Positions 60,581 to 64,000 of a stretch of 64,000 nt of DNA are shown here, piece by piece. Every line of letters starts with the position of its first letter. Positions within the stretch are counted from its first letter, which is position 1. The translations under genes and the position numbers were made by a program. Source of the stretch: Desulfobacterales bacterium (lineage in GTDB: Bacteria > Desulfobacterota > Desulfobacteria > Desulfobacterales > UBA2245); NCBI GenBank assembly GCA_040771865.1, contig JAXGZF010000011.1:1-64000 (forward strand), read 5' to 3'. A model generated the notes under the pieces. That model was not told where the DNA came from. It was given only the letters and a program-made list of their open reading frames with translations, and made no database searches.

Positions 60581-61786
60581 TCAATGCAGTTCGATCCGGT
60601 ATCCAGCTTCTCGCAACCGGCTTGAAATCTCCTCTATATGATCGCTCCCGCGGGTTTCGATCTCCAGCTCAACCCGGGTGTAATAGATGGGAAGATCTCG
60701 AAGGTTCCGGTCGTGATGTATATGAAGCACGTTAGCCTCAAGTACCGCCACGAGATCCAGCATTCGGGCCAGAACTCCGGGTGAATCCGCAAGTGCTACG
60801 CCGAAACGCATAATTCTTCCGTTTTTGATCATCCCCTGGCTGATGATGCGGCCCAGCAGGGGGCTGTCCACATTGCCGCCGCTGACCACTAGCACTGCCT
60901 TGCCTCCCGCGGGAACCCGCACGGTCTGGTTAAACAGCGCGGCCAGAGGCGCGGCGCCGGCACCTTCCGCAAGGACTTTTTTTCGTTCAAGCAGCATGAC
61001 GATGGCCGCTGCAATCTGTTCCTCCTCTACCAGCACAATATCGTCCACGTATTGCCGAATCATCTGAAAGGTCAGGTCTCCGATCTGCCTGACGCTGATG
61101 CCGTCGGCAATTGAAGGACGGAAATCCGCCTGAACGATACGTCCCTTGCGAAAAGATTCGTGGGCCGAAGGACATGCCGCCGCCTGAACGCCGATGATGC
61201 GAATTTTGGGTTTCAGCATTTTAGCCGCCGCGGCAATTCCGGAGATAAGACCGCCACCGCCGACCGGTGCGATAATCATGTCTGTTTCTCCGATATCTTC
61301 CAGAATCTCAAGGGCGATCGTGCCCTGACCGGCAATGACGTCCAGATCATCAAAGGGATGGATGAATGTCATGCCCTTCTCGGCCATCTGACGGGCTTTC
61401 TGCAGGCAGTCTTTAATGCTGGTGCCCCAGAGAATCAGCCGTCCCCCGTAAGCAAGGGCGGCCTGTTGTTTGGAAATCGAAGCCCATTGGGGCATGACAA
61501 TTGCAGCCGGAATTCCGGCCATAGTGGCAGCCAGACTCACACCCTGGGCATGATTGCCGGCCGATGCCGCCACCACCCCCTGGGGTCCGATTCGATTTTT
61601 ACACGTTTCAATCTTGAAGGCAGCGCCACGAATCTTAAATGATCCGGTTTTCTGCAGATTTTCAAGCTTGAGGTAGATATCGCCGCCGAACATGCGCGAG
61701 AGGGTGGGCGAATGCACAAGCGGGGTTCGTATCACCTTTTCACGAATGGAGGACCGGGCCTGTTTGAATGACTCGAGGGTGTTCAT
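60581..61786 (-). CDS. ilvA: Threonine ammonia-lyase with C-terminal ACT domain
   Basis: ENLQKTGSFKIRG, SAGNHAQG, PVGGGGL, SGGNVD, DSPGVL. Confidence 0.92.
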   Translation of the reverse strand: MNTLESFKQARSSIREKVIRTPLVHSPTLSRMFGGDIYLKLENLQKTGSFKIRGAAFKIETCKNRIGPQGVVAASAGNHAQGVSLAATMAGIPAAIVMPQWASISKQQAALAYGGRLILWGTSIKDCLQKARQMAEKGMTFIHPFDDLDVIAGQGTIALEILEDIGETDMIIAPVGGGGLISGIAAAAKMLKPKIRIIGVQAAACPSAHESFRKGRIVQADFRPSIADGISVRQIGDLTFQMIRQYVDDIVLVEEEQIAAAIVMLLERKKVLAEGAGAAPLAALFNQTVRVPAGGKAVLVVSGGNVDSPLLGRIISQGMIKNGRIMRFGVALADSPGVLARMLDLVAVLEANVLHIHHDRNLRDLPIYYTRVELEIETRGSDHIEEISSRLREAGYRIELH

Positions 61787-61823
61787 GATTCTCCTGCCGG
61801 CTGTTTTTTGAACGACGGTTATT

Positions 61824-62474
61824 TCAGACCCATGCCAGAAGGTCCTTGGGCTTTCGGACCAGAATACGGGCGCCGCCGCGGATCAGCTCCGTAGCGGGAC
61901 GATATCCCCACAGCACGCCGACCGGGTACATGCCGGCCGCAACCGCTGTTTGCATGTCTACGGCGCTGTCGCCCAAGTAAAGCATCCTGTCCCGTGAGAC
62001 AGCCAGAGCATCCGCCGTTTGCAAGGCTGAAAAAGGATCGGGTTTGGGAGGAATGCCGGGCTGTATCCCTCGAATTGATTCGAACCTGAAGTCGGGGAAA
62101 AACCGACGCACCATCAACTCCGTAAAATCTTGGAGCTTGTTTGACAATACCGCCAGCTTGACGCCCTCGCGCTCAAGGGAGGAAAGAAGCTCGGGTATTC
62201 CGGCATAAGGACGGCTGTGTGCAAACCAGCAGCCGGCATAGTGACGCCTCATTCCGGCCGCGCACTCCCTCGCGGCATCAAGGTCTCTTCGGTCGGAGGG
62301 AAGCGCGCGCAGGGCAAGCATTTCTATTCCGTCTCCAATCATATTCCGGTAAACGAGCGGATCGTGCGACGTAAAACCGCGTTCTTCGAGCGCGGCGTTC
62401 ATTGCGTCGGCAATATCCTGAAGAGAATCAACCAGCGTTCCATCCAGATCAAAAATTGCTGCGTGAAATCGCAT
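61824..62474 (-). CDS. HAD-family phosphatase (phosphoglycolate phosphatase-like)
   Basis: FDLDGTL, LSNK, KPDP, LGDSAVD. Confidence 0.9.
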   Translation of the reverse strand: MRFHAAIFDLDGTLVDSLQDIADAMNAALEERGFTSHDPLVYRNMIGDGIEMLALRALPSDRRDLDAARECAAGMRRHYAGCWFAHSRPYAGIPELLSSLEREGVKLAVLSNKLQDFTELMVRRFFPDFRFESIRGIQPGIPPKPDPFSALQTADALAVSRDRMLYLGDSAVDMQTAVAAGMYPVGVLWGYRPATELIRGGARILVRKPKDLLAWV

Positions 62475-62511
62475 ATTCTCCCCTTTGAATATCAATGAGC
62501 CGCATCATGAT

Positions 62512-62700
62512 TCACCCGTTCCGTCCGGCGCACTTTGAGCCGGATTCTTCGAAGAATTCAAACAAATCCGGCTGCCAGTATTTCAGGTATGCTGGACATC
62601 GGTTTCTTTGCCGGCAGTTGACTCGGCATGCCCGGGGATTCTTCCGGGTCAGTCCGTTCTTCTTGGGGCACCAGATATAGGGGCATTCTTTGCGGGTCAT
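62512..62700 (-). CDS. Small Cys-rich basic hypothetical protein
   Basis: MTRKECPYIWCPKK..ACRVNCRQRNRCPAY. Co-directional with and just upstream of the HAD gene. Confidence 0.45.
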   Translation of the reverse strand: MTRKECPYIWCPKKNGLTRKNPRACRVNCRQRNRCPAYLKYWQPDLFEFFEESGSKCAGRNG

Positions 62701-62983
62701 GTCTTTCGCACTGCAATTTCGGTCCTGCGTTTCATTTTTTTCAATGTATCGCCGCATGCGCTAAATGTAAATGACCAATTGGCGGCTCTACATTAGAGAT
62801 TGGCGGAACAGGGTTGATGCACGGTGATCGGAACTCAGACGATTCCATGGGATACCTGAAGGCGATTGAGAATCGATTTGCTGGAACAGCGTTGACGGAA
62901 GCTTTGTTGAAAGCTTTGAGTCACCGTCCAGCAGTCTGTTCAAGAAACTCAGTTATCCTGAGGAATATCAGCCACAAATGCGC

Positions 62984-63488
62984 TATTACTATTCAGATCA
63001 TAATTATTTAGGCATTATTCCTTAGTTGCGTGCTATATAGTCATTTATGAAAACACAGGATGGAAGAAAGCTCAGCCCAAAGACCATGGAAGAAATCCGC
63101 ATCCGAGCCGTTCAGCGGGTTCAAGACGGGGAAAGCCCCGAAAAAGTCATCAAAACCCTGGGTTTTGCGCGAGCCTGCATTTACAACTGGCTTGCCCGTT
63201 ACCGGGCCAGGGGATGGCGCGGGTTGAGAACCGGCATTCGAACGGGCCGACCGCAAAAGCTCAGCGGAAGCCAATTGACCTTGATTTACCGGACGGTGGT
63301 TGACAACGATCCGCTTCAGATGAAGTTTTCCTTAGATCAAAAAGCGGACGAAACAAGTCGGTGCGACCCTCTATTTCCAAGATGAGAGCGGGATTCGTTC
63401 GATTGTCATGGCTTTTTTCAGGCGCCCTGATCGCTCCTGTACCCCGACTTGATTATGATTACCTTGATTTATGAACTTGGGTCCATTA
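62984..63488 (+). mobile_element. Internally deleted IS630-family element (transposase pseudogene)
   Basis: HTH N-terminus at 63047 (DGRKL..IRAVQRV..IYNWLARY..GRPQKL), then in another frame IKKRTKQVGATLYFQDESGIRS joined directly to the C-terminal-like IVMAFFRRP. Boundaries approximate. Confidence 0.75.
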
Positions 63489-63505
63489 TTTCCACCCGCC
63501 TTTAA

Positions 63506-63648
63506 CAGGCTGTTGAAAAACTGCGTCTGAGGCCGCCATTCCGCGTTGCGCGGCTCTCGCCAATGCTCACATATGCTTGAATATGCTGCGCTTGTCGTAT
63601 CGCTGCGCGCCTTGCCTGACGGCCTGATTCTTGTTTTTCAACACCCTG
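63506..63648 (+). mobile_element. 143-bp MITE-like element, copy 2
   Basis: CAGGCTGTTGAAAAA...TTTTTCAACACCCTG flanked by TTAA. Near-identical to 23753-23895. Confidence 0.85.
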
Positions 63649-63770
63649 TTAAGGATACCTTGAAAACACACAGGGTATGAAGTAAACTGGTTATTCAAGA
63701 GTTTCGCGTATTTCGAACTTCAGAACCGACGAGATATCATTTCCGACAAACCTGAACGATTGTCTATCAT

Positions 63771-64000
63771 ATGGGACTGATCCGACTTTTATTTGAGAAT
63801 CCGCTGGCGTTTGCATTAATCGCCGTTCCTCTGCTGTATTCCATTATCTTGCATGAACTGGCCCACGGGTGGGTTGCCTGGAAAATGGGAGACCCGACTG
63901 CAAAACGGATGGGCAGATTAAGCCTCAATCCCCTGAAACATCTCGATCCGATAGGAACCCTCATGCTTCTGGTTTTCGGCTTCGGATGGGCGAAACCGGT
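63771..64000 (+). CDS. Site-2 protease (M50 family), runs off the right edge
   Basis: Not in the ORF track. Manual translation gives MGLIRLLFENP..IILHELAHGWVAWKMGDPTAKRMGRLSLNPLKHLDPIG..FGWAKP. Confidence 0.9.
   Translation, partial: MGLIRLLFENPLAFALIAVPLLYSIILHELAHGWVAWKMGDPTAKRMGRLSLNPLKHLDPIGTLMLLVFGFGWAKP

Noticed and set aside
63360..63373. GGTGCGACCCTC resembling the RAYT end motif
   Set aside because: It is part of the IS630 coding remnant (..VGATLYFQDE..).

Overview
Bacterial chromosomal window, mostly GC-rich and gene-dense. The gene content (stand-alone mitochondrial-like EF-G1, pfa/ole lipid cluster, YedE-TusA pair, abundant palindromic intergenic elements) suggests an anaerobic Desulfobacterota-like organism; this is an inference. 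From left to right it contains: (1) an AT-richer pair of cassette-like ORFs with degenerate attC-like sites and no integrase in view; (2) a PfaBC-type PUFA-synthase gene followed by a complete oleABCD olefin cluster; (3) DHH-CBS, ACT/UPF0210 and PfpI genes; (4) an accessory island at about 19.8-24.2 kb built around a nonsense-interrupted REP-associated tyrosine transposase with GGCCCGACCC ends, carrying a truncated gene, an Ig/PxKF protein and a Fur-family regulator; (5) a tandem dynamin-like GTPase pair; (6) housekeeping genes (yedE/tusA, trmO, rlmD, cinA, an acyl-CoA synthetase, Cys-less purF, ycbK/ycbB, carB, cheX, rsmG, a CoA-transferase-GNAT fusion, elbB, fusA with an attenuator-like leader, HD-GYP, ilvA); (7) an internally deleted IS630 and several copies of 143-bp MITE-like elements. 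I saw no rRNA, tRNA or CRISPR array. All calls come from reading motifs by eye; no database search was run.
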